A DNA stretch of 64,000 nucleotides, taken from positions 17,826 through 81,825 of the forward strand of contig CAWBBE010000005.1 of NCBI GenBank assembly GCA_963786975.1, in the 5' to 3' direction. Position numbers and translations under genes: made by a program. How positions within the stretch are numbered: the stretch's first letter is position 1; the number at the start of each line of letters is the position of its first letter. Source of the stretch: an uncultured Actinomycetes bacterium. GTDB taxonomy: Bacteria; Actinomycetota; Actinomycetes; Streptosporangiales; Streptosporangiaceae. This document shows, one piece after another, positions 52,193 to 62,601 of this stretch. A model generated the notes under the pieces. It was given only the letters and a program-made list of their open reading frames with translations, was not told the origin of the DNA and did not search any database.

Positions 52193-53353
52193 TCAGCTAG
52201 CGGACGCGAGGGTCGTGACCAGCCGCTCGATGTCGTCTTCGTGGTTGTAGAAGTGGATCGAAAGTCGCAGGTTGCCGTTCCGTGCCGAGCAGCTGATTCC
52301 CTGCTCGGACAGCGCGCTGACCAGCCGCGATGGTTCAACGGCGCCGAGCGGCACGCTGACGATCGTGCTCCGGTTCCGTTCGGGCAGGTCAACCGGGTCC
52401 CATCCGACGCTGGCCAGCGCGGTCCGGAGCTTGGAGGCGAGCTCGTGGTTGCGGGCGTAGATGGTGTCGGGCCCGAGATCGTCGAAGATGGTGAGAGCGG
52501 CCTGGCTGCCGATCGCGGCGAGCCAGCTGATGGAGTTGTCGAAGCGCGATGCCGTGGGCGAGAGGTTCATCTCGGGGCCGAAGAAGCTGTCAAACGGGAC
52601 AGCGCCCGCCCTCCAGCCCGCGCTGACCGGCGTGAATCGCCCCTGCGCAGCGGGTGACAGGTAGCAAAAGCCCATGCCGCGGCCCGCGTTGAGCAGGAAC
52701 TTGTGATCCGGTGCCACCAGCACGTCGACGTGCCGGAGGTGCTGGGCGACCGGGAGCGCCCCGACCATCTGCGCGCCGTCGACGAACACGATCGCCCCTG
52801 CCTTCCGGGCGAGATCGCTGATCGCGGCAATGTCGGACCGGTGGCCGGTCGCTGTCTGCACGCCGCTGAAGGCGACCAGTTCCGTGCCGGCGTCCACTTG
52901 CTCGCTGACGTCTTCGGGTTCGAGCCCGCCGTTGCGGAAAGGGACCTGACGGACGTCGTATCCCTTCTCGGCCAGCTGACGCCAGGGGAAGTGGTTCGAG
53001 CTGTACTCCCGTTGCCCGATCACGATGTTGCCGCCCCGGCCGGCCGGGCCGAACTGGGCAGCAACCAGTCCCGCCGCCGACGACACCGCAGGGATCAGCG
53101 CGATGTCGCAGGCCTCGGCGCCAATCAGCCTCGCTACCGCCGATCGTGCCTGGCCGGCGGCCTGCTCCCCGCGGCCGTAGTCGAGGCCTTCGGTTGTCCA
53201 CTCATCGATGAACTCGTGGTAAGTCTCCGCGAGCCGCCGGCTGGCCAGTCCGACCGCGGCCGTGTTGAAGTACGCCCGGCCTGCGGTCACCGGGAACATG
53301 CGGCGAGCGTCACGGACGTCCGTGGTCTGCGCCGCTGGCACCGGGCCGGTCAC
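52193..53353 (-). CDS. Class V aminotransferase / cysteine-desulfurase-like PLP enzyme
   Basis: ORF 52193..53581 trimmed to GTG 53353 (start uncertain). YFNTAAVG, AFSGVQTATGH, IVFVDGAQMVG and APDHKFL (the PLP lysine context). Confidence 0.8.
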   Translation of the reverse strand: MTGPVPAAQTTDVRDARRMFPVTAGRAYFNTAAVGLASRRLAETYHEFIDEWTTEGLDYGRGEQAAGQARSAVARLIGAEACDIALIPAVSSAAGLVAAQFGPAGRGGNIVIGQREYSSNHFPWRQLAEKGYDVRQVPFRNGGLEPEDVSEQVDAGTELVAFSGVQTATGHRSDIAAISDLARKAGAIVFVDGAQMVGALPVAQHLRHVDVLVAPDHKFLLNAGRGMGFCYLSPAAQGRFTPVSAGWRAGAVPFDSFFGPEMNLSPTASRFDNSISWLAAIGSQAALTIFDDLGPDTIYARNHELASKLRTALASVGWDPVDLPERNRSTIVSVPLGAVEPSRLVSALSEQGISCSARNGNLRLSIHFYNHEDDIERLVTTLASAS

Positions 53354-53409
53354 GACCTCAACGTATCCTCGGGCAACCTGCGGCGCTTCTCCCGGCCCGG
53401 CCGGGCCGG

Positions 53410-53875
53410 TCACGCCTGGATAATCGACGTGCCGCGGACCTTGATGCGCACCGGGGCCAGCGGGGACGTGGCCGGTCCGTTGACGACCGAGCCGTTGGCG
53501 ATGCTGAACTTGCTGCCGTGACACAGGCAGTTGATGGTGCCGCTGGCCACGCTGCCGACGATGCAGCCCTGGTGAGTGCACACCGCGGTGAACGCATTGA
53601 ACCGGCCGGCCTTCGGCTGGGTGATCACGATCTTCTGGGCGCTCAGGATCTTGCCGCCGCCGACCGGGACGTCGGTGGTCCTGGCGAGCACGTGAGACCC
53701 GCCCGGGGCAGCCCGGCCGGATTCCGGGCTGGCCGGGGCGGCCGGCGAGGAACTGCCGGCTATCCCGCCGTTGTTCGAGTTGTAGGTCTCGCAGCCGGCC
53801 AGTGCCGCGACGCAGGCGGCACCTGCGCAGCTCAGCACCGCACGGCGGCTGGCGGCCGGGACGCTGGGCTCGGTC
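53410..53875 (-). CDS. Rieske [2Fe-2S] protein with Tat/lipoprotein-like signal
   Basis: C-terminal part of ORF 53410..54279 from ATG 53875 (GAGGAG SD). SRRAVLSCAGAACVAALAGC and the Rieske motifs CTHQGC...CLCHGS. Confidence 0.85.
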
Positions 53876-53888
53876 ATGGCGTGGCTCC

Positions 53889-54470
53889 TCAGCGGTTGAT
53901 GCCGAAGTTGGCGAAGAACCAGTAGGCGGAGCTGAGCCACACTCCGGTCAGCACGGTGAACACCAGCGCGCCGAGGGAGGGCAGCAGCCAGCCGGGGAGT
54001 TCGCGTTTGGGCAGGATCAGCATCTTGACCGTGAACGCGCCGAAGAACGCGCAGCCGAGCAGCGAATGGATGAGCACCCGGGTGCTGTAGGTCTGGAACC
54101 CGAGCGCGTAAAGGCAGTTCACCGCGACCGGCACGGCCAGCAGGAAAGCGATCCGGCCTGACCACCGGTGCACCCCGCCGATCCACGAGGGCGCGGCGAC
54201 GCGCGGCACCTTCCCGTACATCACCAGGGCCGAGATCACCTGGACGACGGCGAACAGGACGGCGGTCGTGGCCAGCCATGACTTCGCCGCGCCAGGGCTG
54301 GAGAAGCCTGCCAGGCTGACCGCTATGCCGGTCGGGTGATGCAGGTGCCCGTAGACGCCCAGGGTCAGCGCGACCAGCGCGCCGATCAGGCTGGGTACCA
54401 CGAGCTTGGCCGTGGCCGAGGTGGCGTGGCCCGGCGGCAGCGGCGCGGACGCGCCCGGCTGTACGGCCAT
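53889..54470 (-). CDS. Membrane protein (DUF6529-like), commonly found next to this type of Rieske gene
   Basis: ORF 53889..54716 trimmed to the ATG at 54470-54476 after GAGGAG. Six hydrophobic helices. The family name is from memory. Confidence 0.7.
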   Translation of the reverse strand: MAVQPGASAPLPPGHATSATAKLVVPSLIGALVALTLGVYGHLHHPTGIAVSLAGFSSPGAAKSWLATTAVLFAVVQVISALVMYGKVPRVAAPSWIGGVHRWSGRIAFLLAVPVAVNCLYALGFQTYSTRVLIHSLLGCAFFGAFTVKMLILPKRELPGWLLPSLGALVFTVLTGVWLSSAYWFFANFGINR

Positions 54471-54498
54471 GGTCATCTCCTCACTGGGCCGGTGACGA

Positions 54499-54840
<342 letters not shown>

Positions 54841-55157
54841 CCTCGGGCCGGCCAGCTCAATCCGGCCGGCGCTCTTTCAACTTCTCCCGGCGCAGGGTGA
54901 CCTGTCCAGCGATGATCGACAATCCAATCACGCCGGGCGGCAGGCCGTCGATGAACCAGCCGGCCACCACCCACGGCCTGCGCAACCCGGCAAGAAGCAC
55001 CCGGAGCGGCGGCCTCGCTGCGCGACGGTATCGCCGAAACCCTCACCATCCTGCACCCGGACGTCCCGCTGACACTCGCGCGCACGCTCCGTTCAGAACG
55101 GATCGTCCACCCTTTTTCCGGTGGCGGGCCGGCCCTGGGATCGGCAGGATCGGGGGC

Positions 55158-55898
55158 ATGACCTCCGAAACGCACCGGCGGGCGATCGGCTCGCTGCGGG
55201 CCGTGGCGCTGGACGCCCCGGACATCGACCTGCTGGCCACGTTCTACGAGCAGCTCGCCGGCTGGCGACGCGTCCCCGACGACGACGACGAGTGGATCAC
55301 GATCTATTCCGGTGACGGCTGGCGGATCGGCCTGCAACGGGCCACCGACCACGTGCCGCCCACATGGCCGGACGCCGGCCGTCCGCAGCAGGCCCATCTC
55401 GACTTCCGGGTACCGGACATCGATGCGGCGGCGGAACGCGCCCAGCAGCTCGGCGCCAGCCTGCTGCGCCGCAACGAACGGTGGCACACGCTGGCCGACC
55501 CGGCCGGCCACCCGTTCGACCTGTGCGCCAGCCCGGACGATCCGCGGACCACCCTGATGGGCGTCATGCTCGACTGCCCCGACGCGAAGGCGCTGAGCCA
55601 CTTCTACGCGGAGCTGCTCGGCAAGCCGGTGACGTACGAGGCGGACGGGGTCGCCATGATCGGCGAGGACGGCGCGCAGCCGGTGATGTTCCAGCAGGTG
55701 CAGCGGTACACCGCGCCGCGCTGGCCAGATCCGGCGTACCCGCAGCAGATCCACCTCGACGTGACCGTCCAGGACGTGGACGCGGCGGAACGGGCCGCCC
55801 TCGACATCGGTGCCACCCGGCTGGACGGCGCGGGCCCGAACTGGCGCGTCTACGCCGACCCGGCCGGCCAGCCATTCTGCCTGATATGGACGGCCTGA
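55158..55898 (+). CDS. Two-domain VOC / glyoxalase-like protein
   Basis: ORF 54897..55898 trimmed to ATG 55158. Two halves each carry QQ[AI]HLD and ADPAG[HQ]PF. Confidence 0.85.
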   Translation: MTSETHRRAIGSLRAVALDAPDIDLLATFYEQLAGWRRVPDDDDEWITIYSGDGWRIGLQRATDHVPPTWPDAGRPQQAHLDFRVPDIDAAAERAQQLGASLLRRNERWHTLADPAGHPFDLCASPDDPRTTLMGVMLDCPDAKALSHFYAELLGKPVTYEADGVAMIGEDGAQPVMFQQVQRYTAPRWPDPAYPQQIHLDVTVQDVDAAERAALDIGATRLDGAGPNWRVYADPAGQPFCLIWTA

Positions 55899-56100
55899 AC
55901 TAACGCCAGTCAGGGTCGCTAAGGAGTGACGACCACTCGCCTTCGAGCGCACGGAAGATGGCCGCGTCGTTCCTTCCGGCAGGCTCGCGTCAGCTGATCT
56001 GTTCGGCAGGGCGACGATAATGCCCGCGGGGCCGCGGAGGTAGCGGCGAGCCGTCGGCCGCGCCAAAGAAGGCTGCGTGCGCTGGCCGGATCACGCTCGC

Positions 56101-56865
56101 CTAGACCGGGCAGCCAGCCAAGCCGCGTGCTGCCACGGGCACTAGCGGGATCTCGTACTCCAGGGTGCCGAACTCGCGATGGACAAGGTCGGCGCCTGCG
56201 TTGCTCAGCAGCCCGAGGACGGCCTCGTTGTCGGCCGAGACCAATGCGTTGAAACGGCGGATGCCTTCCTTCCGGGCCCGGTCCGACAGCTGGTCCAGCA
56301 GCTCGGTGCCGAGTCCCCGGCCCTGCCAGTCGTCGACGATCGTGACGGCGATGTCGGCGGCCTGCGGGTCCTCGGCGTCCCGGAAGTAGCGGGCGATGCC
56401 CACGCCCTGGCCTTCGGGGTGACTCAGCGCGCCGAGCGCCTCGTGGTCGTGGTGGTCGATGTCGGTGAGATAGCGCAACTCCGCCGCGGACAGTTCCTTC
56501 TTTGGCGTCAGGAACCGCAGCTGGCGGGACTTGGTACTGAGCCGGGCAAATCCGTCGGCCAGCAGCGCGGCGTCAGCGCTCTGAACCTGTCGTATCAGCA
56601 CTTCTGATCCGTCGCGTAGCACCACCCGGTTGCCCCCGGTCCCGGATCGCGGCAGCCGCATGCCGCTACGGCCAGGCTGCAACCAGGCAGGGAGACAGCG
56701 GAGCGGTGATCTGCGGGCAACGGATGCGCCGGCCCGCTGCCGGTGCGACTGCGCTCGGAATGCGGGCAGTCGCTCCTCGGCCATCGGGTCGCGCTGCCGG
56801 GCCTTGCCCGGCTGGTCCTCGGGCACCCCGGCGAACCCGCGGTGCGCGTCCAGGTAGTTCGTCAT
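56101..56865 (-). CDS. GNAT acetyltransferase carrying the leader and first about 30 codons of the small-protein family (member E, fusion)
   Basis: ATG 56865 after GAGGAAG. MTNYLDAHRGFAGVPEDQPGK (compare member D), then VVLRDGSEVLIRQVQSADAALLADGF...DDWQGRGLGTELLDQL (GNAT). The internal ATG at 56661 has only a weak SD. Confidence 0.7.
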   Translation of the reverse strand: MTNYLDAHRGFAGVPEDQPGKARQRDPMAEERLPAFRAQSHRQRAGASVARRSPLRCLPAWLQPGRSGMRLPRSGTGGNRVVLRDGSEVLIRQVQSADAALLADGFARLSTKSRQLRFLTPKKELSAAELRYLTDIDHHDHEALGALSHPEGQGVGIARYFRDAEDPQAADIAVTIVDDWQGRGLGTELLDQLSDRARKEGIRRFNALVSADNEAVLGLLSNAGADLVHREFGTLEYEIPLVPVAARGLAGCPV

Positions 56866-56916
56866 GCCAGCTTCCTCGCAGTCTCTGAAGGTGATGACAT
56901 GAGCCTCGATCACAGC

Positions 56917-56948
56917 GGCCTGCGATTCATCGGTCAGGTGCCCTAATC
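56917..56948 (-). promoter_or_regulatory. Conserved 32-nt upstream element of the small-protein family (copy 2)
   Basis: Plus-strand GGCCTGCGATTCATCGGTCAGGTGCCCTAATC. There are 51 nt between the element and the ATG at 56865. Confidence 0.55.
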
Positions 56949-57028
56949 GACGGGTGGCGGATACCTACCTTTCCCGGCGGCAGCGAGCAGGGCCAGGTCG
57001 CATCGGCCCGGCGAAGTAAGGTGGGGCT

Positions 57029-57283
57029 GTGGACGGCAAGGCAATCACGGACCTGCTGGAGCCGGTGATCGGCCGGCCGGGGCAGGTCAGCGTCGTGTGC
57101 CAGGGGCTGAGCACCCGCTTGGCCCTCAATGACGAGAAACACCCGCTGCTCAGCGTGCAGCTCCGGCCAGACGGGCTCGTTGAGATCTCGCGCGATAACG
57201 GGTGGGGCGTGTTCGACCCGGGCGGCGTGCTGGCGGTGGAATGGACGGCCAGAGCCGGCGAGGACGGCGGGCACTACCTCTGA
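57029..57283 (+). CDS. Hypothetical small protein (84 aa)
   Basis: ORF 57029..57283 with GTG after AAGGTGGGG. High GC3. Confidence 0.5.
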   Translation: MDGKAITDLLEPVIGRPGQVSVVCQGLSTRLALNDEKHPLLSVQLRPDGLVEISRDNGWGVFDPGGVLAVEWTARAGEDGGHYL

Positions 57284-57446
57284 TCATGGCCAGATCATGC
57301 CGGCCACGGCAGCCGCGACGGCAAAGCCATGATCGTCGCTACCGGGCGACACCGTCTCGCCGGCGGCTGGCCGCGGAGGCCGGCCTGATGGCCGTGCCGT
57401 CGTCCCCCGGTTCCCGCCTGCGGGGCAGCAGGATGAAGGAGTGGGC

Positions 57447-58421
57447 ATGGCCACTGAGCTGGTGCTGCTGGGAACGGCGGGTGCGCCGATGCCGGTGGCC
57501 GGCCGCGGCGGGATCTCCTCGGCGCTGGTCGCCGGGGGGCGGGTTTTCGTCATTGACTGCGGCCGCGGGGCGCCGTCGGCGTTCGCTGACGCGGGGCTGG
57601 ATTTTTCCCGGCTGGAAGCGGTGTTCCTCACCCACCTTCATGCCGATCACACCGGCGACCTGGCCGGCCTGATCCTTTACCCATGGGGCGGCCGGGCAGG
57701 CCAGAACGGACCGCTGCCGCCGGTCCGCGTCTACGGGCCGTCCCGGCCCGGGACGGAGCCGGCCGGGGATGCGATTTTCCACCGGGAGACCACGATCTGC
57801 CCGCAGCGGCCGGTCCCGGGCACGGCGGACCTGGTCGGGAACATCCTGGCGGGCTACGCCTACCATCTGAACGTCATGCCGCTGGATGCCCTGATGCCGG
57901 ACGCGGGCGCGCTGGTACGCGGAATCGACATCCGCGTCCCGGTCCCGGCCGGGGGCGCGGCCCAGGTCCCGGTCACGGTCTTCGACGACGGGGCTGTCCG
58001 CGTCACCGCCGTCGCGGTGACGCACGGCCGGGCGGAGCCGGCACTGGCGTACCGTTTCGAGAACGCGGACGGCTCGGTGGCGTTCTCCGGCGACACCACC
58101 GTGAACGAGGATCTGATTGCCCTCGCCCAGGGCGCTGACATCCTCGTCCACCACGTTGCCGACCTCAGCTACCTTCAGCGGCACGGCATCACCGGTGCCG
58201 CCCTGGACCGGATGGCCGCGCTGCACACCGACGTCACCCAGGTAGGGGATGTCGCCGAACGCGCGCGAGTCCGCGAGCTCGTCCTCAGCCACTACCTTCC
58301 GGCAGAACCAGGCGCGATCTCCGACGCCGACTGGGCACGGCGCGCCGGGCGCGGCTTCACCGGCACAACCACCGCCGGCCACGACGGCCTGCGCAGGACG
58401 CTGCCACGCATTACTTCATGA
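57447..58421 (+). CDS. MBL-fold metallo-hydrolase (RNase Z / arylsulfatase-like)
   Basis: ORF 57441..58421, ATG 57447 after GAAGGAG. HLHADHTGD (HxHxDH) and LVLSHY. Confidence 0.85.
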   Translation: MATELVLLGTAGAPMPVAGRGGISSALVAGGRVFVIDCGRGAPSAFADAGLDFSRLEAVFLTHLHADHTGDLAGLILYPWGGRAGQNGPLPPVRVYGPSRPGTEPAGDAIFHRETTICPQRPVPGTADLVGNILAGYAYHLNVMPLDALMPDAGALVRGIDIRVPVPAGGAAQVPVTVFDDGAVRVTAVAVTHGRAEPALAYRFENADGSVAFSGDTTVNEDLIALAQGADILVHHVADLSYLQRHGITGAALDRMAALHTDVTQVGDVAERARVRELVLSHYLPAEPGAISDADWARRAGRGFTGTTTAGHDGLRRTLPRITS

Positions 58422-58482
58422 TCACCGCGGCGGGCGGCCCCGGGGGCGCCGGGCCGCCCGCAGGCACCGCCGGGCGCGTTCA

Positions 58483-58824
58483 TCACTCCCAGAACGGCCG
58501 TACTTCGATCGAGCCGAACCGGGCCACCGGGTGCTTGGCCGCCACCTCGATGGCCTCGTCGAGGTCGGTGCGCTCCACGATGTCGAAGCCGCCGATCTGC
58601 TCCTTGGTCTCCGCGAACGGCCCATCGGCTACCAGCACCTCGCGGCCGCGGACCCGCACCGTGGTGGCGTCGCTGCGCGGTCGGAGTTCGCTGCCGCCTG
58701 CCAGCAGGATCTTTCGGTTCTCCATCTCATCCACCCACGCCGTGACCCACCCTGGCCTGGCTGCCCTCTCCTCCGGGCTCAGCTCGATGGCCGGATCCCG
58801 GCAGATCAGCAGCAGGTACCTCAT
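58483..58824 (-). CDS. YciI-family protein
   Basis: ORF 58483..58824 with AAGGAGG SD. MRYLLLI and DGPFAETKEQIGGFDIVE are hallmarks. Confidence 0.85.
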   Translation of the reverse strand: MRYLLLICRDPAIELSPEERAARPGWVTAWVDEMENRKILLAGGSELRPRSDATTVRVRGREVLVADGPFAETKEQIGGFDIVERTDLDEAIEVAAKHPVARFGSIEVRPFWE

Positions 58825-58964
58825 CGCTGGCCTCCTTGCTCTCGGTGACTACGCGCCCGCACGGTTAGTTGCCTCATGGTGACGACGAGCCTGGTCGCGG
58901 GGGATGGACACTACGAGAGCAGATTTGTTACCTCTCTTTGACCGCCCGGCCGGGCGCCGGCGCC

Positions 58965-59420
58965 TCATTCACCCGCGGGCCGCAGCGCGGCTGCGGCGGC
59001 CAGCGGCCGGCATCCACCCGCCGGGCAGTACCTGGCCTCAGGCATCTCGGCCAGCCTGGTGGTGGTGATAGCAGCGCCGCACTGCTCGCACCAGCCGAAG
59101 CGCCCGGCCGACAGCCGCGCAAGCGCGGCCTCGGTCTCGGCCAGCGCGAGCCGTTCCGCGACCGCGCGGTGCAGGATCGCGCGGGCCCGCCGTCGTGCCG
59201 CCAGGCGCGCGCCCCGGCCGTGGCCGGCGTTCGCGGCGGCTTCCTCGGCATCGTGGTAGGCAACCGAGTAAACGGTCACCCGCTCCAGCCGCTGCTGCCA
59301 GCGGAGCCCGAGCAGCGCGCGCCACCGGGGCAGCGCCGCCGGATGCAAGTGCCGTGCCTCGGCCGCCAGGTTGCGCCGTGCCGCGGCGGGCAGCGGGAAG
59401 ATAGCTAGATCGGCCGTCAT
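58965..59420 (-). CDS. TraR/DksA-family C4 zinc-finger protein
   Basis: C-terminal part of ORF 58965..59549 from ATG 59420. LARLSAGRFGWCEQCGAAI...ARYCPAGGC. Confidence 0.65.
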   Translation of the reverse strand: MTADLAIFPLPAAARRNLAAEARHLHPAALPRWRALLGLRWQQRLERVTVYSVAYHDAEEAAANAGHGRGARLAARRRARAILHRAVAERLALAETEAALARLSAGRFGWCEQCGAAITTTRLAEMPEARYCPAGGCRPLAAAAALRPAGE

Positions 59421-59735
59421 CAGCGTTCCTTTCCTGTCGGTGCGCACGCCCCGGTCGCGGGTGCCGGCGGCAAGATCTAGCAGATCGACGTTTCCTGCAT
59501 GCCAGCTGAAGCCGACGCTGGCAGGCTGCTGTGAATGCCGCTGTGACACCGGAACGGCGGAACCGCCCGGCCACCAGATCCGCGGGGACGGCCTGAGCCG
59601 CTACCACACTTCAGCCAGCATTCTGCGGCCGTTGGCCGGCCTGTGCACATGGCCGGGGCAGTCCGTAGGCTGGCGGCCTAGGCCCGGGACGGCGCCGCGG
59701 CGGCGGACGGTCCGGCGGCCGGCCCGGGAGGAGCC

Positions 59736-60227
59736 ATGACCGACGCCAGTGTGGCCACCGCCGACCTGGTCGACGCCCACGGGCCCGGCCTGCGGGTCTG
59801 CGATATCCAGTTCCGCCAGTTCGGCGGCCGCCGGATTTTCTCCGGGCCGGTGCGCACGGTTTCCTGTCACGAGGACAACGGCCTGCTCCGCGACCTGCTG
59901 CGGACGCCCGGGCCGGGCGGCGTCCTGGTGGTGGATGGCGGCGGCTGCCTGCGCACGGCGCTCGTGGGTGATCTGATCGCCGGGGCGGCGCACGCCAACG
60001 GCTGGGCGGGCCTGGTCGTGCACGGGGCGATCCGGGACAGCGCGACGCTGTCCCGGCTGGATCTCGGCATCAAGGCGCTGGGCACTATCCCGCGCAAGAG
60101 CGCGAAGGCCGGCGCCGGCGCAGTCGACGTGCCCGTGACATTCGGCCACATCACGTTCCGGCCGGGGGACATGCTGTACGCCGACGACGACGGGATAGTC
60201 CTGTTGCCGTCCGCCGCGCCGGGCTGA
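59736..60227 (+). CDS. rraA: RraA family protein (RNase E regulator / 4-hydroxy-4-methyl-2-oxoglutarate aldolase fold)
   Basis: ORF 59736..60227 with [45 protein letters not shown] and YADDDGIVL. Confidence 0.9.
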   Translation: MTDASVATADLVDAHGPGLRVCDIQFRQFGGRRIFSGPVRTVSCHEDNGLLRDLLRTPGPGGVLVVDGGGCLRTALVGDLIAGAAHANGWAGLVVHGAIRDSATLSRLDLGIKALGTIPRKSAKAGAGAVDVPVTFGHITFRPGDMLYADDDGIVLLPSAAPG

Positions 60228-60303
60228 CGGCAGCCGCCCGCCCCCGGGGCCGCGTCCCCCGCTGCCCGGCCGAAACGTCACCTGCCGGGAGGCGCCCGCT
60301 GCC

Positions 60304-60762
60304 CTAGTTCGCCTCGACCAGCCTGGCCAGGTTGGCCAGGGCCATCCGGGTGCCCGTCTCATTGTCGGCGACTGGGATCTTGTCGGGAATTCCCTCGTGC
60401 ACGACGCGCACATCAGTGCCGCCGGCCGCTTCGGTAAGCGTGGTAGTCATCGTCATCTGGCCGCGAAGCTCAGGATCGGCCGTCTCGAACTCGAGCACCT
60501 CGACTACCTGCTCGTCCGGCACCAGCCGCGCGAAGTGGCCATGGTAGGTGTCGGTGCGCGACGCTGACTTGCCGGTCGAGGCCGGCGCATCGTAGCTGAG
60601 CGAGATCCGGAACGTGCCGCCTTCGCGGGCATCGAACTCATGCACCTCGCTGCTCATGCCGGCCGGCACCCGCCACTTCGCGAGCGCGCCCGCGTCGAGG
60701 AGCGCCTGGTAGACAGCCGAACGCGGGGCGCTCATGTGACGAGAAACCTGCGTCGAGTACAC
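60304..60762 (-). CDS. SRPBCC (AHSA1/START-like) domain protein
   Basis: ORF 60304..60762. VSRHMSAPRSAVYQALLD and the layout GGTFRISL...HGHF...VVEVLEF. Confidence 0.85.
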   Translation of the reverse strand: MYSTQVSRHMSAPRSAVYQALLDAGALAKWRVPAGMSSEVHEFDAREGGTFRISLSYDAPASTGKSASRTDTYHGHFARLVPDEQVVEVLEFETADPELRGQMTMTTTLTEAAGGTDVRVVHEGIPDKIPVADNETGTRMALANLARLVEAN

Positions 60763-60801
60763 GCCGCCAGCCTACGGCCCGGGTGCATCCGGCCCGGTGC
60801 C

Positions 60802-62406
60802 CTACTCCACCGGCACGGCAGCCTGCTCGCCGGGGATCACCAGCGTCTCCTCCCGGCTGCGCTCGCCTTGCAGCCGGAAGAACAGCGCGTAGAGCAGCGC
60901 GGCGAGCACGAAGCCGACCTCGAAGGCGATGTCGCCGAAGTGCGGATTGTGCGTGGGGACGACGCCGGTGTAGTCGCTCTGGTTGGCGAAGAAGTAGATC
61001 GAGACCGCCATCGCGATGGCCATCGCGGCGAAGCCGGCCCAGGGATTGTGCCGGCGGTCGAAGAGGAAGCCATCGACGTGCTTGCCGCGCCGCAGGAACT
61101 GGTCGGCGAAGCAGACGCCCAGCCACGGGCTGATCCAGTATGCGATGACCAGCAGGAAGTTGTTGTACCTGGTGCCGGCGTCGTGCAGGCCGGACAGCGC
61201 CAGGAAGAAGCCGGCCACGCCGAAGACGATCGCGACGATGGCCCGCCGCAGCGACAGCGGGAGCCGGACGCCGAGCGCCAGGAACGACATCGATCCGGAG
61301 TAGACGTTGAGCGCGTTCGCGCAGACGGCGCCGAGCGCGATCGCGAGGAGCGTGACGTCCGCGAGCGCGGTCGGCAGGTGCGCGGTGAAGCCGGCCGTCG
61401 GGTTGTCGGCGAACTTGCCGACGCTGGTGATCGTGGCCGCGGCGGCGCCGACTATCTCCAGCAAGACGCACGAGATGAACACGCCGAGGCCGGCCCACAG
61501 GCCGGTCGCCCGGCGGTTCGTGTCCTTCGGCAGGTAGCGCGTGTAGTCGCTGGCGTACGGGTTCCAGCCGGCCGCGTAGCCGAACGCCGCTCCGAAGGTG
61601 ATCAGGAACCCGCCCGGGAAGCCGGCCACGTGCGCGCCCGGGTGCGACTTGGACACGATCACTACCGAGGCGATGCCGAAGACCACTACCAGGAACGGGA
61701 ACGCCACGCGCTCGAACATGTGCACCAGGTTGTGGCCGAAGAACGCGACCGCGACCTGCACCAGCACGATGATCAGCAGGCAGATCTTCGAATTCCAGCC
61801 GAGCAGCGCGTTCAGCGCGAACGCGCCGCTGACGCTGTTGACCGCGAACCAGCCGATGCCGGCCACGACCGCATTGATCCCGGCGGGCAGGATGTTGCCG
61901 AGGAAGCCGAATCCGAGCCGGGACAGCACCATCTGCGGCACGCCGAACAACGGCCCGCGGGCGGCCAGCGCGCCCATCGACAGCGAGCCGAGCGCGGTAC
62001 CGAGCAGTATGGCCAGCGAGGCCATCCAGAACGACTGCCCGAAGAACCAGACGCCGAGAACGCCGACGAAGATGGTCGCGAACTCCATGTTCGGCGACAC
62101 CCACGTCAAGAATTGCTGCAGCGGCTTGCCGTGCCGCTCACTGAGGGGGATGAACTCCGCTCCGCCGGGCTCGACCGCCGCCACCTTGGCGCCGTAGGTG
62201 CCTTCACGCACGTCGGCCTCGATGAAAGCGGTGGACGCCGCGCCACTGGATTCGGTCACTTGCCCATGCACCCCTCTAGGTAGCTGCCAGCGCCCGCTGC
62301 CGGGGACGGCGACGACCGGGCTGGCCCTCGCGCCCGGAACGTCTTCGTCCCGGCCGGCCGCGCTCATCCGGGCGGCGGATCCGACCCAGATCGGGGTCTG
62401 GGTCAT
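60802..62406 (-). CDS. NCS1 / purine-cytosine permease-family transporter
   Basis: ORF 60802..62418. ATG 62406 preferred (GAGG 6 nt upstream and high GC3 from there). IPLSERHGKPLQQFLTWVSPNMEF plus 12 hydrophobic spans. Confidence 0.85.
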   Translation of the reverse strand: MTQTPIWVGSAARMSAAGRDEDVPGARASPVVAVPGSGRWQLPRGVHGQVTESSGAASTAFIEADVREGTYGAKVAAVEPGGAEFIPLSERHGKPLQQFLTWVSPNMEFATIFVGVLGVWFFGQSFWMASLAILLGTALGSLSMGALAARGPLFGVPQMVLSRLGFGFLGNILPAGINAVVAGIGWFAVNSVSGAFALNALLGWNSKICLLIIVLVQVAVAFFGHNLVHMFERVAFPFLVVVFGIASVVIVSKSHPGAHVAGFPGGFLITFGAAFGYAAGWNPYASDYTRYLPKDTNRRATGLWAGLGVFISCVLLEIVGAAAATITSVGKFADNPTAGFTAHLPTALADVTLLAIALGAVCANALNVYSGSMSFLALGVRLPLSLRRAIVAIVFGVAGFFLALSGLHDAGTRYNNFLLVIAYWISPWLGVCFADQFLRRGKHVDGFLFDRRHNPWAGFAAMAIAMAVSIYFFANQSDYTGVVPTHNPHFGDIAFEVGFVLAALLYALFFRLQGERSREETLVIPGEQAAVPVE

Positions 62407-62601
62407 AATTTGCCTCAATCATGCGCGGGCGCACCGCGCATGAGAAGGGCGTTATGCAACGGTGATCCGCCGTTGCCCTGATCCGTGCATCGCCCGCTGT
62501 GGCCGAGCGGGCGCGGCGGGCCGCCCGGCCGCCGCGCCGCTTCGGGGGCCAGCCCGCCACGTAGAATCCCAGGCAGGAGGCGGTGGGCGGGGGAGGTTGC
62601 C

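Noticed and set aside
62272-62480. A known riboswitch (TPP, purine or guanidine) in front of the NCS1 permease.
   Set aside because: I could not find the conserved cores, for example CUGAGA with ACCUGAUCUGGAUAAUGCCAGCG for TPP. Only generic hairpins are present.
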